A stretch of 58,646 nt of DNA from Bacteroidales bacterium (GTDB lineage Bacteria; Bacteroidota; Bacteroidia; Bacteroidales; VadinHA17): assembly GCA_041685495.1 (NCBI GenBank), contig JAWLFR010000002.1:17019-75664 (forward strand). The letters are read 5' to 3'. Positions within the stretch are counted from its first letter, which is position 1. Every line of letters starts with the position of its first letter. Below, in pieces: positions 36,450 to 45,815 of this stretch. The notes beneath the pieces are model-generated. The model searched no databases. It was not told where the DNA came from and saw only the letters and a list, made by a program, of their open reading frames with translations. Made by a program: the position numbers and the translations under genes.

Positions 36450-37121
36450 TCAAATTACCTGTGCCAGGATACGTCCGGCAGCCTTTCCCAGCTCCTCCAG
36501 GGCCAGGGGTATATCCCATTCAGACCTGTCCCTGGGCCCTACCATGTTTGATACAGACCTTATGCCTGCAAAGGGTATGCCCTCATTACTGCAAACATAA
36601 TATACAGCTGCGCCTTCCATAGTTTCAATATCAGCGTCAAAGACCGATAACAGCTCATCACGTTTCTCAGCTGACCCTGTTGCAGTACTCACCGTCACAG
36701 CTTTTACCCGCGGCATATCATCAGGCATCATATCTATTATATCCTTTCCCGGGCAATAGGGTCCTGAAGGGGTAAACTTATCATCAATACCTTCAATACC
36801 TGCCAGGTGCAGCGGTATAAACCTGTCACCGTCAGCCACACCCAGGTCGGCAAAACGGTCTTCTGCCGGCAGAAGGACGGTTCCGGGCGGATAATAATTC
36901 CGATAGCTGCCTGCTATACCTATATTAACAAGCAGGCGGGGAGTGTTGTTTCGCATCAGGTAATTCATTATGGCATAGCTTGTTGACACCGGCCCCACCC
37001 CTGTTATAAGCTTTTCCACACCTTCGGTTAATCCCGGTGTTGAACCAGTGCCACCGGCCACTATGCCAAGGCATTCCATTTCCTTTTCCGTTGCTGCAGT
37101 TATCAATACAATATTGCTCAT
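36450..37121 (-). CDS. mqnB: Futalosine hydrolase / MTA-SAH nucleosidase family
   Basis: 223 aa. PNP_UDP-type motifs: ITGVGPVSTSYA, NIGIAGSY, ETMEGAAV. Adjacent to mqnD. Confidence 0.75.
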   Translation of the reverse strand: MSNIVLITAATEKEMECLGIVAGGTGSTPGLTEGVEKLITGVGPVSTSYAIMNYLMRNNTPRLLVNIGIAGSYRNYYPPGTVLLPAEDRFADLGVADGDRFIPLHLAGIEGIDDKFTPSGPYCPGKDIIDMMPDDMPRVKAVTVSTATGSAEKRDELLSVFDADIETMEGAAVYYVCSNEGIPFAGIRSVSNMVGPRDRSEWDIPLALEELGKAAGRILAQVI

Positions 37122-37212
37122 CCGCCATAATTAATTCACAAGTAATGAATAAAGATATTGTTTTTCCGGATAAAAAAGGTAAAATTTGAGGCAAACAAAA
37201 ATGTGTTGTATC

Positions 37213-37623
37213 ATGGTTTATCTTACCAGAAGGGAAAGGTTCAGTGCCGCACACAGGATGTTCAGAACTGAGTTCAGCGATGAAAAGAACACCGAGCTGT
37301 ATGGACAGTGTTCAAACCCGGAGTGGCACGGGCATAATTACGAGCTGTATGTTACCATTAAGGGAGAGATTAACAGGGAGCTGGGATATGTGATGAACCT
37401 TAAAGATCTCAAAAAGATAATCCACGAATATGTTATTGAACCTCTTGACCACAAGAATATCAACACCCAGGTGGCGTTCATGAAGGGCAGGCTTGCATCA
37501 ACCGAGAATATTGCAATAGCCATATGGGAGGTTCTTGAGCCACGGATAAAGGAAGAAGGAGTGGAACTTCACTGTATAAAGATTACGGAGACAGAAAATA
37601 ATTTCATAGAATATTACGGATAA
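37213..37623 (+). CDS. queD: 6-carboxy-5,6,7,8-tetrahydropterin synthase / PTPS family
   Basis: RERFSAAHRM, CSNPEWHGHNY, LDHKNIN. Start placed at Met10 of the ORF. Confidence 0.85.
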   Translation: MVYLTRRERFSAAHRMFRTEFSDEKNTELYGQCSNPEWHGHNYELYVTIKGEINRELGYVMNLKDLKKIIHEYVIEPLDHKNINTQVAFMKGRLASTENIAIAIWEVLEPRIKEEGVELHCIKITETENNFIEYYG

Positions 37624-37634
37624 AAATTTAAATA

Positions 37635-38273
37635 ATGGAGATAATTAATAACGGCTCGGGTTTTCATGATGATGGTGGTTATACCAAAGTGGAAAAATGG
37701 GACGATAAGAAGACAGCGGATATGGCGGAGCTGTACCGCGGTATACTTGAAAACATAGGAGAAGACACGCAGAGAGAGGGACTGAGGGATACTCCCAAAA
37801 GGGTAGCCAAGGCCATGCAGTTTTTAACCCAGGGTTATAATCATGACCCGCATGAGATATTAAAAAGCGCCATGTTCAGGGAGGATTACCGTCAGATGGT
37901 AATAGTTAAGGATATAGAAATGTTTTCCCTCTGTGAGCATCATATGCTCCCTTTTTTTGGCAAGGCTCATGTGGCATATATACCGGATAAATATATCACC
38001 GGTCTTAGCAAGCTTGCAAGGGTTACCGAAGCTTATGCACGGCGTCTGCAGGTGCAGGAAAGGCTGACCACTGAGATAAGGGACTGCATACAGGAAACAC
38101 TGAACCCGCTGGGTGTGGCCGTTGTCATTGAAGCGCAGCATATGTGTATGCAGATAAGAGGTGTACAAAAGCAGCATTCGGTTACAACAACCTCTGCTTT
38201 CACCGGCTGCTTCCTTGAACATATACAGACACGTGAGGAATTTATTCATTTAATAGGACAAAATTTACATTAG
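37635..38273 (+). CDS. folE: GTP cyclohydrolase I
   Basis: [44 protein letters not shown]. Confidence 0.95.
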   Translation: MEIINNGSGFHDDGGYTKVEKWDDKKTADMAELYRGILENIGEDTQREGLRDTPKRVAKAMQFLTQGYNHDPHEILKSAMFREDYRQMVIVKDIEMFSLCEHHMLPFFGKAHVAYIPDKYITGLSKLARVTEAYARRLQVQERLTTEIRDCIQETLNPLGVAVVIEAQHMCMQIRGVQKQHSVTTTSAFTGCFLEHIQTREEFIHLIGQNLH

Positions 38274-38274
38274 T

Positions 38275-39162
38275 ATGAAGGCATTTGTATTCCCCGGACA
38301 GGGAGCACAGTTCAGTGGTATGGGAAAAGACCTGTATGAGTCTAAAGATATATGCAGGGAGATGTTTGAGAAGGGAAATGAGATACTTGGTTTCAGGATA
38401 ACTGATATACTTTTCGATGGTACTGATGATGATCTTAAGCAGACAAAGGTAACACAACCTGCCATATTCCTTCATTCAACAATACTGGCCGAGGCCCTGG
38501 GCAGTGGCTTTGCCCCGGATATGGTTGCAGGCCATTCGCTGGGTGAGTTTTCAGCCCTTGTTGCAAACCGCTCGCTGTCTTTTGAAGACGGACTGGAGCT
38601 TGTATTCAAGAGAGCGCTTGCCATGCAGAAAGCCTGCGAAGCAAGGCCATCATCCATGGCAGCCATAATAGGACTGGATGATGCCATAGTGGAAAAAACA
38701 TGTGAGATGATTGATGATATTGTTGTTCCGGCCAATTATAACAGTCCGGGACAGGTAGTTATTTCAGGCACTGACAGTGGCATTGACAGGGCTATTGAAA
38801 TACTGAAAGAGAAGGGTGCCCGCAGGGCCGTTAAGCTGGCCGTGGGTGGGGCCTTCCATTCGCCGCTGATGGAGCCTGCCAGGATGGAGCTGGAACAGGC
38901 TATTAACGAGACAGAGTTTGCCAAACCCATATGCCCTGTATACCAGAATGTATCGGCCAGAGCTGTGGATGATCCCATAGATATAAAAGCCAACCTTATT
39001 GCCCAGCTCACTTCACCGGTATTATGGACACAGTCGGTGCTGAACATGATTAAAGACGGGGCTGATCATTTTACAGAAGTGGGTCCCGGCAATGTACTGC
39101 AGGGACTGATAAAGAAAGCAGACAGGAAGGTTGAGCTTGAATCAGCAAACAGCCTTGTCTAG
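38275..39162 (+). CDS. fabD: ACP S-malonyltransferase
   Basis: FPGQGAQ, GHSLGEFSAL, VISG, GAFHSPLM. Confidence 0.95.
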   Translation: MKAFVFPGQGAQFSGMGKDLYESKDICREMFEKGNEILGFRITDILFDGTDDDLKQTKVTQPAIFLHSTILAEALGSGFAPDMVAGHSLGEFSALVANRSLSFEDGLELVFKRALAMQKACEARPSSMAAIIGLDDAIVEKTCEMIDDIVVPANYNSPGQVVISGTDSGIDRAIEILKEKGARRAVKLAVGGAFHSPLMEPARMELEQAINETEFAKPICPVYQNVSARAVDDPIDIKANLIAQLTSPVLWTQSVLNMIKDGADHFTEVGPGNVLQGLIKKADRKVELESANSLV

Positions 39163-42100
39163 GTAATATATCCTTCTCCTTCCGCTTCAGCTTCTCCATC
39201 CTCTGCCTCTCCTTTACCTGGCTTGATGATAACACCTTTCTGTATGCGGCCATCTATCATTATACCCAGTGGCTTGCTGAACCTTACATGACGTATATAT
39301 TCATCCTGGTATACATGCTCTGTATTATTCAGGAAGTCAACATCATAATAACCCTCATTAATAAAGGGGTTAATAGTAAAATACCCTACCCTGAAGGAGG
39401 TGATATTCTGAAAGAAGTGTGTACCCTGGCTGGGATCTATCCGGTAATCAGGAAGTCCTGATTCAACTATAACCCTTGCCTGTGATATCTGCGGCCATTT
39501 GATGGGTATGCCTAACCAGGGGTCTGTTGAACCCCAGCGGCCGGGACCCACCAGTACATAATTCTTCAGACTCTTTACAAAATCATTATTGAGCTTTTCA
39601 AGCAGCACCGCTATCTTTTCATTATTGCTGGCCCTGAATGACTCCGGCTTAACATATATAAGGTCATAAATACCCCTTATAACCCCGTTCCCAAGGGCTG
39701 AATCAGACATAATAATTGTATCCTCCTTTTTAACATCTGTGATATTTATTTTCTGCGTCTGGTCGCCTTCCACAATAGGTCTTATCTGCAGAAAATTAAA
39801 GATATTAGGCAGACGGGCTTCTGTCTCAAGGTTAGCCGCAAACTCGATCTCTATAGGGTTGCCCATCTCTTTCTGTCCAAGCTCCAGCAGGAATTGCAGC
39901 ACCTCAGCCAGGGGAAAAGAGCTGTGTTTGAGTATATTGTCAAATGTTATTATACGCTTACCTTTATGTAGTATACCCGGCCTTATGACATTATTATGCA
40001 GGTCGTATGTTGACGCCACCTTTTTTAAAGTACTTTCACTTACCTCATCATTTATTTTAAGCTTCTTGATATTTACCCCGTCATCAACACTCGGAACAAA
40101 GCTGTCTGTGTCAAGGTCGAGGGCGTAATATACTTTTTGTGTCTCCTTCAGTGCAGATGCAGGGCTGCTGAGCTGTAATATCTTACCGGGATATTTAGGC
40201 GAGAAACGCAATGATACGCCCCCGTCAACTATCAGCTTACCCAGTCCCATTGCAATATTTGCAATGCCGTCTTCAGCTTTTTCGGAACCTATGGGGTAGA
40301 AATTAATTGAACGTGCCACACCCGATAAGGTAGGATAATAAATGTCGCCATGCTTATTGCCGCACACTTCCTGCAATATGATCCCCATTTTTTCCTCATC
40401 TATCACATTGGCTGTGGCGGTCATATAAGCCTTACTGCCCTTGTAAAAAACAGAAGCATATACCTCTTTTATTGCATCAGACAGCATTTTTACCATCACA
40501 GTGTTATCAGCCACACGTGGTATCATATAGGTGGAATATATACCTGCAAAAGGCTGGTAATGACTGTCTTCCAGTTTGCTTGATGAGCGCACTGCTATCG
40601 GCACCTGATTGGATACCGCCAGGAAGGCATAAAGATCCTGGTACACCCAGCCCGGCAGTTCGGCCTCCACAAACTTTTTCAGTATCTCATCATCCGGCAG
40701 GTCGCTTATTCCCACCTGGTAAAGGTTATTCCTTTCCATGTACTCATCGAACACATCGGTACTCAGCACTACGGTGCGGGGTATGGTTATCAGCAGTCCG
40801 GGATACTTATGAAACAGCTTATGTTTTTTTATTATGCTGTTAATAAATGCCAATCCCCGGGCCTTTCCCCCTATTGACCCTTCACCTATCCTGCTGAATA
40901 TCTGGTACTGGTCAAAGGTATTACGGTCAAATTTGGCTATCACCCCCCTGCCCTTGCCAAGTCTGAAACTGGATATTGCCACATATATGAACCTTCTCAT
41001 ATCTTCCATTGACTCAAAGTCGTCCATCCGGATAAACTTAAAAAGCTGTGCCACGGGAAACAATGCCCTTGCATTGAGCCACTTTGAGAAATGGTTACGC
41101 TCAGCATGGTAAATTAGTGATTTATCAGGCAGTGTCAGCAGTTTATTCTGGAAACTATGCAGGTCGGTAGCAATACCTATGGACTCCATGGTATCGGGAT
41201 TCCTGAATATAAAGGGCCCAAAAGCAAGGTTTTGTATAATAAAGTTCCTCAGCTCAATGGACAGGTTCTGTGAATATTTATTCAGGAAGCCCACCTCCAG
41301 TTCATCGGCTATCTTTTTAGACTCAGCATCCGACGACTGCAGGAGCAATGGCATATTGCTGTCGTCTTTCTTTATTATCCTGCACAGGTCAATGCCTGCA
41401 TCTGTTTTAAGTACACCGTCTTTTTTATAGGAGATATCAGATATCACTCCCAGAACATTATATTTATACTTTTCATATAGTGCCATGGCATCCTCAAAAT
41501 TGGTGGCCAGCAGTATTTTAGGCCTGCCTCTCATCTTAAGCATCTTCTGGTGCGGGTTAAGTGCCTCCTGCTGAAAATCCCTTGACTGCTTAAGAATAAT
41601 CTTGTACAGGTTGGGCAGGTAGGAAGACACATAGCGTATTGAATCTTCCACCAGTATAATAGCCTGTACGCCTACCACATCTATATCATACTCGGCATTC
41701 ATCCTGTCCTCCAGCAGCTTGATGACAGCCAGCAGCAGGCTGGCTTCGCCCAGCCAGCAGAATATATAATCGACGGCACTGACATCTTCTTTTTGCAGCC
41801 TCAGCGACACCTCGCGCGAGAAGTAGGTAAGGGCCACAATAGGTATGGATTCATATTTCTCCTTTATCTTACGGGCTATGGCAAAAACATCCTTTTCCCT
41901 GAAATTAAGCATTGATATAACAAGGTCTATCTGCTCTTCCTGAAGTATCTGCATTGCCTCATCCTCACTGTCTGTCTGTATAAAAGAGGGAGGATACCTG
42001 AGGTTGAGCGATACGTATTCATTGAATATCTGCTCATCTATACGGCCATCCTCTTCAAGCATATAGTTATCGTAATTACTGCATATAAGCAGAACCTTAT

Positions 42101-42185
42101 GTATGCGTTTTTGCATTAAAAGGTTAAAAGAAGTATCACTGAAGTCATACTTCTGCAATTCCATTATTCCTTCTACTATTGCCAT
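39159..42185 (-). CDS. Large REC-like x2 + PPDK_N-type ATP-grasp ('PEP/pyruvate-binding domain') protein, paralogue A
   Basis: 1008 aa. Receiver-like modules (KVLLICSNYD...DLVISML; AIILVEDS...GVISDIS). ATP-grasp motifs GSIGGKARGLAFIN, PIAVRSSSKLEDS, QPFAGIYSTY, IEIEFA...LQIRP. A C-terminal domain carries GPGRWGSTDPWLGIPIKWPQISQA...SQGTHFFQN, followed by an acidic G/E/A tail. No TSHAA-type swivel motif is present. Confidence 0.8.
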   Translation of the reverse strand: MAIVEGIMELQKYDFSDTSFNLLMQKRIHKVLLICSNYDNYMLEEDGRIDEQIFNEYVSLNLRYPPSFIQTDSEDEAMQILQEEQIDLVISMLNFREKDVFAIARKIKEKYESIPIVALTYFSREVSLRLQKEDVSAVDYIFCWLGEASLLLAVIKLLEDRMNAEYDIDVVGVQAIILVEDSIRYVSSYLPNLYKIILKQSRDFQQEALNPHQKMLKMRGRPKILLATNFEDAMALYEKYKYNVLGVISDISYKKDGVLKTDAGIDLCRIIKKDDSNMPLLLQSSDAESKKIADELEVGFLNKYSQNLSIELRNFIIQNLAFGPFIFRNPDTMESIGIATDLHSFQNKLLTLPDKSLIYHAERNHFSKWLNARALFPVAQLFKFIRMDDFESMEDMRRFIYVAISSFRLGKGRGVIAKFDRNTFDQYQIFSRIGEGSIGGKARGLAFINSIIKKHKLFHKYPGLLITIPRTVVLSTDVFDEYMERNNLYQVGISDLPDDEILKKFVEAELPGWVYQDLYAFLAVSNQVPIAVRSSSKLEDSHYQPFAGIYSTYMIPRVADNTVMVKMLSDAIKEVYASVFYKGSKAYMTATANVIDEEKMGIILQEVCGNKHGDIYYPTLSGVARSINFYPIGSEKAEDGIANIAMGLGKLIVDGGVSLRFSPKYPGKILQLSSPASALKETQKVYYALDLDTDSFVPSVDDGVNIKKLKINDEVSESTLKKVASTYDLHNNVIRPGILHKGKRIITFDNILKHSSFPLAEVLQFLLELGQKEMGNPIEIEFAANLETEARLPNIFNFLQIRPIVEGDQTQKINITDVKKEDTIIMSDSALGNGVIRGIYDLIYVKPESFRASNNEKIAVLLEKLNNDFVKSLKNYVLVGPGRWGSTDPWLGIPIKWPQISQARVIVESGLPDYRIDPSQGTHFFQNITSFRVGYFTINPFINEGYYDVDFLNNTEHVYQDEYIRHVRFSKPLGIMIDGRIQKGVIIKPGKGEAEDGEAEAEGEGYIT

Positions 42186-42187
42186 AA

Positions 42188-45100
42188 TTATTTACATTCT
42201 GTACATTCTATTACGGATACACGTTTCCTGCCGTCCATCCTGACCACCAGGGGCGACTCAAATTCGATGTGTTTAAAGAAGCGCCCGCTGCTGACAGGCT
42301 TCTGCCTGTTAAGCCTGTCCCAGTCGATAAACCCGTCACGTGATGCATGGTCTACAGACAGGTATCCCACATTCATTGATGTTACATTATGGAAAAAATG
42401 AGATCCCAGTGAAGCATCCAGGGGGAAGTCCGGGAGGCTGACCTCCACAATGACCCCGGCCTGTGATATCTGGGGCCATACCACAGGTATGCCAATAAAC
42501 CTGTCGCGGGTGCCCCACCTGCCTGGTCCAATCAGTATATATTTTTTCTTCTTTGCCAGCATTTTATCGTTTATGCTGTCTATCTCTCTTGCCATTTCCT
42601 CAGTCTGTGTATTATCGAATTTACCGGGATCAATATAAATAACATCATAAATATTATCTATCTTGCCGTTACCCATGCTTGTCTCGGATAAAAGCAGGCA
42701 TTTCTCCCTGTCAATCTTTTCCAGATTAATATTATAACCTGCCCCGCTGCCAACCAGTGGCTTCACCTGCAGCAGGTAAAAACTGGCCATTCCGTTTTTG
42801 TCACGCTTCAGGTCAACGGCATACTCTATCTCCACCGGTGTGCCGAAGGCTTCCTTCACCACATCAAGCACCGTCGCTATTGTTTCTGCCAGCGGTATAT
42901 AATTATACCTCAATATATTGGCAAAATTAATAACCCTGGGGCCATAGCTGTCCAGGCCGGACTCAATAGTGTCGTTATCAGGATTATAAACTGAAGCACA
43001 GTGCTTGAGCGTTCCATGTCTCTCCGCATCTGCTATCTCCAGTTTTACCAGGCCGGCATTTTCTCCTTCAAGCAGGTTTACATTCTCCTTCTTCATATCC
43101 ACCGCATAAAAATATACCTGGGTGTTTTTTGAAAGATCCTTCTGTGAGACTATCTCGAGGTCAGGATAAGCAGGAGAGAACCTGAAGGCTTTCTCCCCTT
43201 CCACAACATACTGTCCCAGTCCCACTGCCGCCACGACAAAGCCCTCTTCAGGCTTCATATGGGCAACAGGGTAAAAATTATATGACTGGGCGGTGCCGCT
43301 TATATGGGGATAGAAGGCGTCCTCGAACCTGTTACCGACCACCTCCTGCAGCACTATTGCCATCTTCTCCTGTTCAATCATATAATTAATAGCCTCAAAA
43401 TATGTGCGGGCACTCTTTGAATATATTGAAGCAAAGACCAGCTTAATAGCATCCATTACTATCTTCAGTCTCACATCAAAGTCAGAGTGGTTATTAGGCA
43501 GCAGGAATGTTCCGAATACACCCGAAAAAGGCTGGCTCATGGAATCTTCAAAGAGGCTTGAGGAGCGTACGGCTATGGGCCTGTCCATCAGCTTAAGGAA
43601 AGAGCGCAGCTTTTTCTCAAGGTTATATGACAGGTTGCTGGACAGGAATTTCCTCTTTAGCTTCTCATAGTCTTTCTCTTTCTTTATTATCTCGCCAAGC
43701 TTGTTTGTCTCGATAAAAAGGTCAAACTCATCGGTGCCGATAATTATTGTAACAGGACTTTTTATATTGATACCAGGTGTCAGTTTACCCAGCTCAAAGC
43801 CGTATATCAGAGTGTTGATAAAGGCCAGTCCCCTGCCCTTGCCTCCCAGCGAACCACTGGCAAGGCTCACCACATTTGTTTCATCTATAGCTGCCGAATC
43901 CACATAATTAACAACCTTGCCCTTGTCCAGCTCGCGCCTTCTTTTAGAAATAAGATCAAGCAGGAAGCTCCTTAGCTCTGACATATCATTGAAATCACTT
44001 ATCTTCATGGGGTTGATAATCTTGGCAATCTTAACTTCACCACGGGCCATAAGCCATAGCGAGAAGTGATTTTTCATTGCATGATAGACCAGTGAATCCT
44101 CCGGTATTGTCTTAAGGTATTGCTCAAATTCATTCATTGATTTGGCCACAGCTATCTGCCTTCCCATATTATCACGGTATACGAAATGACCGAATCCAAG
44201 GTAATAGTTAATAAATGATTTAAGATCCTGCAGCAGGCTCTGTGAATTTTTATTAATAAAGTTTGACTTGAGTGAATGGGCATATTTTGAGTTCTCAGGA
44301 TCAGATGACTGCAGTACTGTAGGCAGGTTGGGCAGCTCACTTTTCACATACTGGATAAGTTCATAACCGGCTTTATCATATGGTTTATTGTTTTTCGGGA
44401 ACCTCATATCTGAAATCACACACAGCATATTATCCTTATACTTCTCATACACCGTTATGGCCTCTTCGTAGGTTGTTGCCAGCAGTATCTTGGGCCTTGC
44501 CCTCATTTTAAGGACCTTATAGAGCTCGTCAGAGCTGACATCCTCTATCAGGTGCTTTGTTTGCTCCATCACCAGTGTATAAAGGGTAGGCAGGTAACTG
44601 GAGTAATACTCGGCAGAGTCTTCAACAAGCAGGATAACGCGGGTTACACCTTTCCTGGTATCATTTTCTACATTAACCCTGTCTTCAAGCAGCTTTACCA
44701 TGGCAAAGAAAACCCTTGACTCACCTGTCCATACAAAATAGTCATCAAAAGGGAAGCCTTTTTCTCTCTTCTCCTTTACAAACTCAACATCACCCGTACT
44801 GTTAAGAAGCAGAAAGGTAGGTATATACGGGTACTTCTGATTTATCCTCAGGCATAGCTTCATGGGATTTTCTTTCTCCACCCCCACCATAACAATGATA
44901 AGATCAAAATGCTTTGATCTGAGCCTGTTCATTGCTTCATCCAGTCCGGATACACCCGTCACCCTGGGCATGGAGGTAAGGTTAAGCTGGTGGTATTCAC
45001 CGAAGATATATTCCGAGAACCGTCCTTCGCCCTCTATTGAATAGGCATCATACAGGTTGGCCACCAGTAATATCTCCTTAACCTTAAAGGGCATAAGATC

Positions 45101-45634
45101 ATGGAAGATATCCCTCTCAGCATTATGTCTTTCAAGGAAGCGCTGCAGCAGTTGCCTGGATGATGTACCGGGCTCTATCTCATCTTCGAAAGTAGCCGTT
45201 TCGGTAATATCCATCATGTCCCTGGCAAGGATGCTGTTTATAAAACCTGTTATCAGGCTCGCCAGGTTTTCAATAAGGTCTTTTTCCTCCGGCAGGAAAG
45301 GCCCCGTATCATCATGTTCAAATTCACTGGTATAAAAAACCTCTATTGACCCCCTGGTATTATTGATGGTTGTAAACTGCCTTTTAAGCACCCAGCTTGT
45401 CTCCTCGAAATCAGATGTGGTAAAAACCTTATTGCCATATGTTATCCTTGCCACGGTGAACTGCGGATACTGCCATGCCGGCGGTAAGGTGTGGACTATC
45501 TTCTGCAGTGTCTCATCAATGGACTTTCCTTCTTTTATTATGGCTGTTGTACGGTTAATACATGCCAGTTCTTTCAGCCTTTCCTGCTGATCCTGCAAGA
45601 GTTTATTAAATCCGTTTTCCTGGGTCTTATCCAT
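42188..45634 (-). CDS. Paralogue B of the REC-like + ATP-grasp protein, with an extra N-terminal sensor-like module
   Basis: Start placed at MDKTQENG (ATG at 45634), because the upstream part of the ORF is the korB terminator. The N-terminal module reads LKELACINRT...PPAWQYPQ...GSIEVFY...GPFLPEEKDLIENLA. The rest is collinear with paralogue A (GSLGGKGRGLAFIN, PIAVRSSSLFEDS, GPGRWGTRD...GIPVVWPQISQA...GSHFFHN). The stop is 2 nt before the ATG of paralogue A. Confidence 0.8.
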   Translation of the reverse strand: MDKTQENGFNKLLQDQQERLKELACINRTTAIIKEGKSIDETLQKIVHTLPPAWQYPQFTVARITYGNKVFTTSDFEETSWVLKRQFTTINNTRGSIEVFYTSEFEHDDTGPFLPEEKDLIENLASLITGFINSILARDMMDITETATFEDEIEPGTSSRQLLQRFLERHNAERDIFHDLMPFKVKEILLVANLYDAYSIEGEGRFSEYIFGEYHQLNLTSMPRVTGVSGLDEAMNRLRSKHFDLIIVMVGVEKENPMKLCLRINQKYPYIPTFLLLNSTGDVEFVKEKREKGFPFDDYFVWTGESRVFFAMVKLLEDRVNVENDTRKGVTRVILLVEDSAEYYSSYLPTLYTLVMEQTKHLIEDVSSDELYKVLKMRARPKILLATTYEEAITVYEKYKDNMLCVISDMRFPKNNKPYDKAGYELIQYVKSELPNLPTVLQSSDPENSKYAHSLKSNFINKNSQSLLQDLKSFINYYLGFGHFVYRDNMGRQIAVAKSMNEFEQYLKTIPEDSLVYHAMKNHFSLWLMARGEVKIAKIINPMKISDFNDMSELRSFLLDLISKRRRELDKGKVVNYVDSAAIDETNVVSLASGSLGGKGRGLAFINTLIYGFELGKLTPGINIKSPVTIIIGTDEFDLFIETNKLGEIIKKEKDYEKLKRKFLSSNLSYNLEKKLRSFLKLMDRPIAVRSSSLFEDSMSQPFSGVFGTFLLPNNHSDFDVRLKIVMDAIKLVFASIYSKSARTYFEAINYMIEQEKMAIVLQEVVGNRFEDAFYPHISGTAQSYNFYPVAHMKPEEGFVVAAVGLGQYVVEGEKAFRFSPAYPDLEIVSQKDLSKNTQVYFYAVDMKKENVNLLEGENAGLVKLEIADAERHGTLKHCASVYNPDNDTIESGLDSYGPRVINFANILRYNYIPLAETIATVLDVVKEAFGTPVEIEYAVDLKRDKNGMASFYLLQVKPLVGSGAGYNINLEKIDREKCLLLSETSMGNGKIDNIYDVIYIDPGKFDNTQTEEMAREIDSINDKMLAKKKKYILIGPGRWGTRDRFIGIPVVWPQISQAGVIVEVSLPDFPLDASLGSHFFHNVTSMNVGYLSVDHASRDGFIDWDRLNRQKPVSSGRFFKHIEFESPLVVRMDGRKRVSVIECTECK

Positions 45635-45683
45635 ATAAGGGCAAGAGTTTTTAGAATCACTTAAATATACCTTTTTATCGAGT

Positions 45684-45711
45684 AAAAAAAAAGGTGTTCC
45701 GAAGAACACCT
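45684..45711 (-). terminator. Rho-independent terminator after korB
   Basis: 8-bp stem AGGTGTTC/GAACACCT (45692-45699 and 45704-45711) with a CGAA loop. On the minus strand a run of 8 T (45684-45691) follows. Confidence 0.8.
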
Positions 45712-45815
45712 GTTAATTATAATTGACACAAAAAGAAACCGCCCCAATATTTCTTATGAGGCAGCCTCCTTTTGATGATAAATACACTTATTTGTTTTCG
45801 GTTCCAATAAACAAA

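Noticed and set aside
39159-45634. Calling the two giant proteins phosphoenolpyruvate synthase or pyruvate phosphate dikinase
   Set aside because: Only the N-terminal ATP-grasp (PPDK_N-like) motifs are present. No phosphohistidine swivel motif or PEP-utilising TIM-barrel region is visible.
45635-45709. N-terminal 25 codons of the ORF-track model for the 1173-aa protein (MFFGTPFFLLDKKVYL...)
   Set aside because: This stretch is the korB rho-independent terminator (stem 45692-45711 plus T-run) read as codons. The conserved protein begins at MDKTQ (ATG at 45634).
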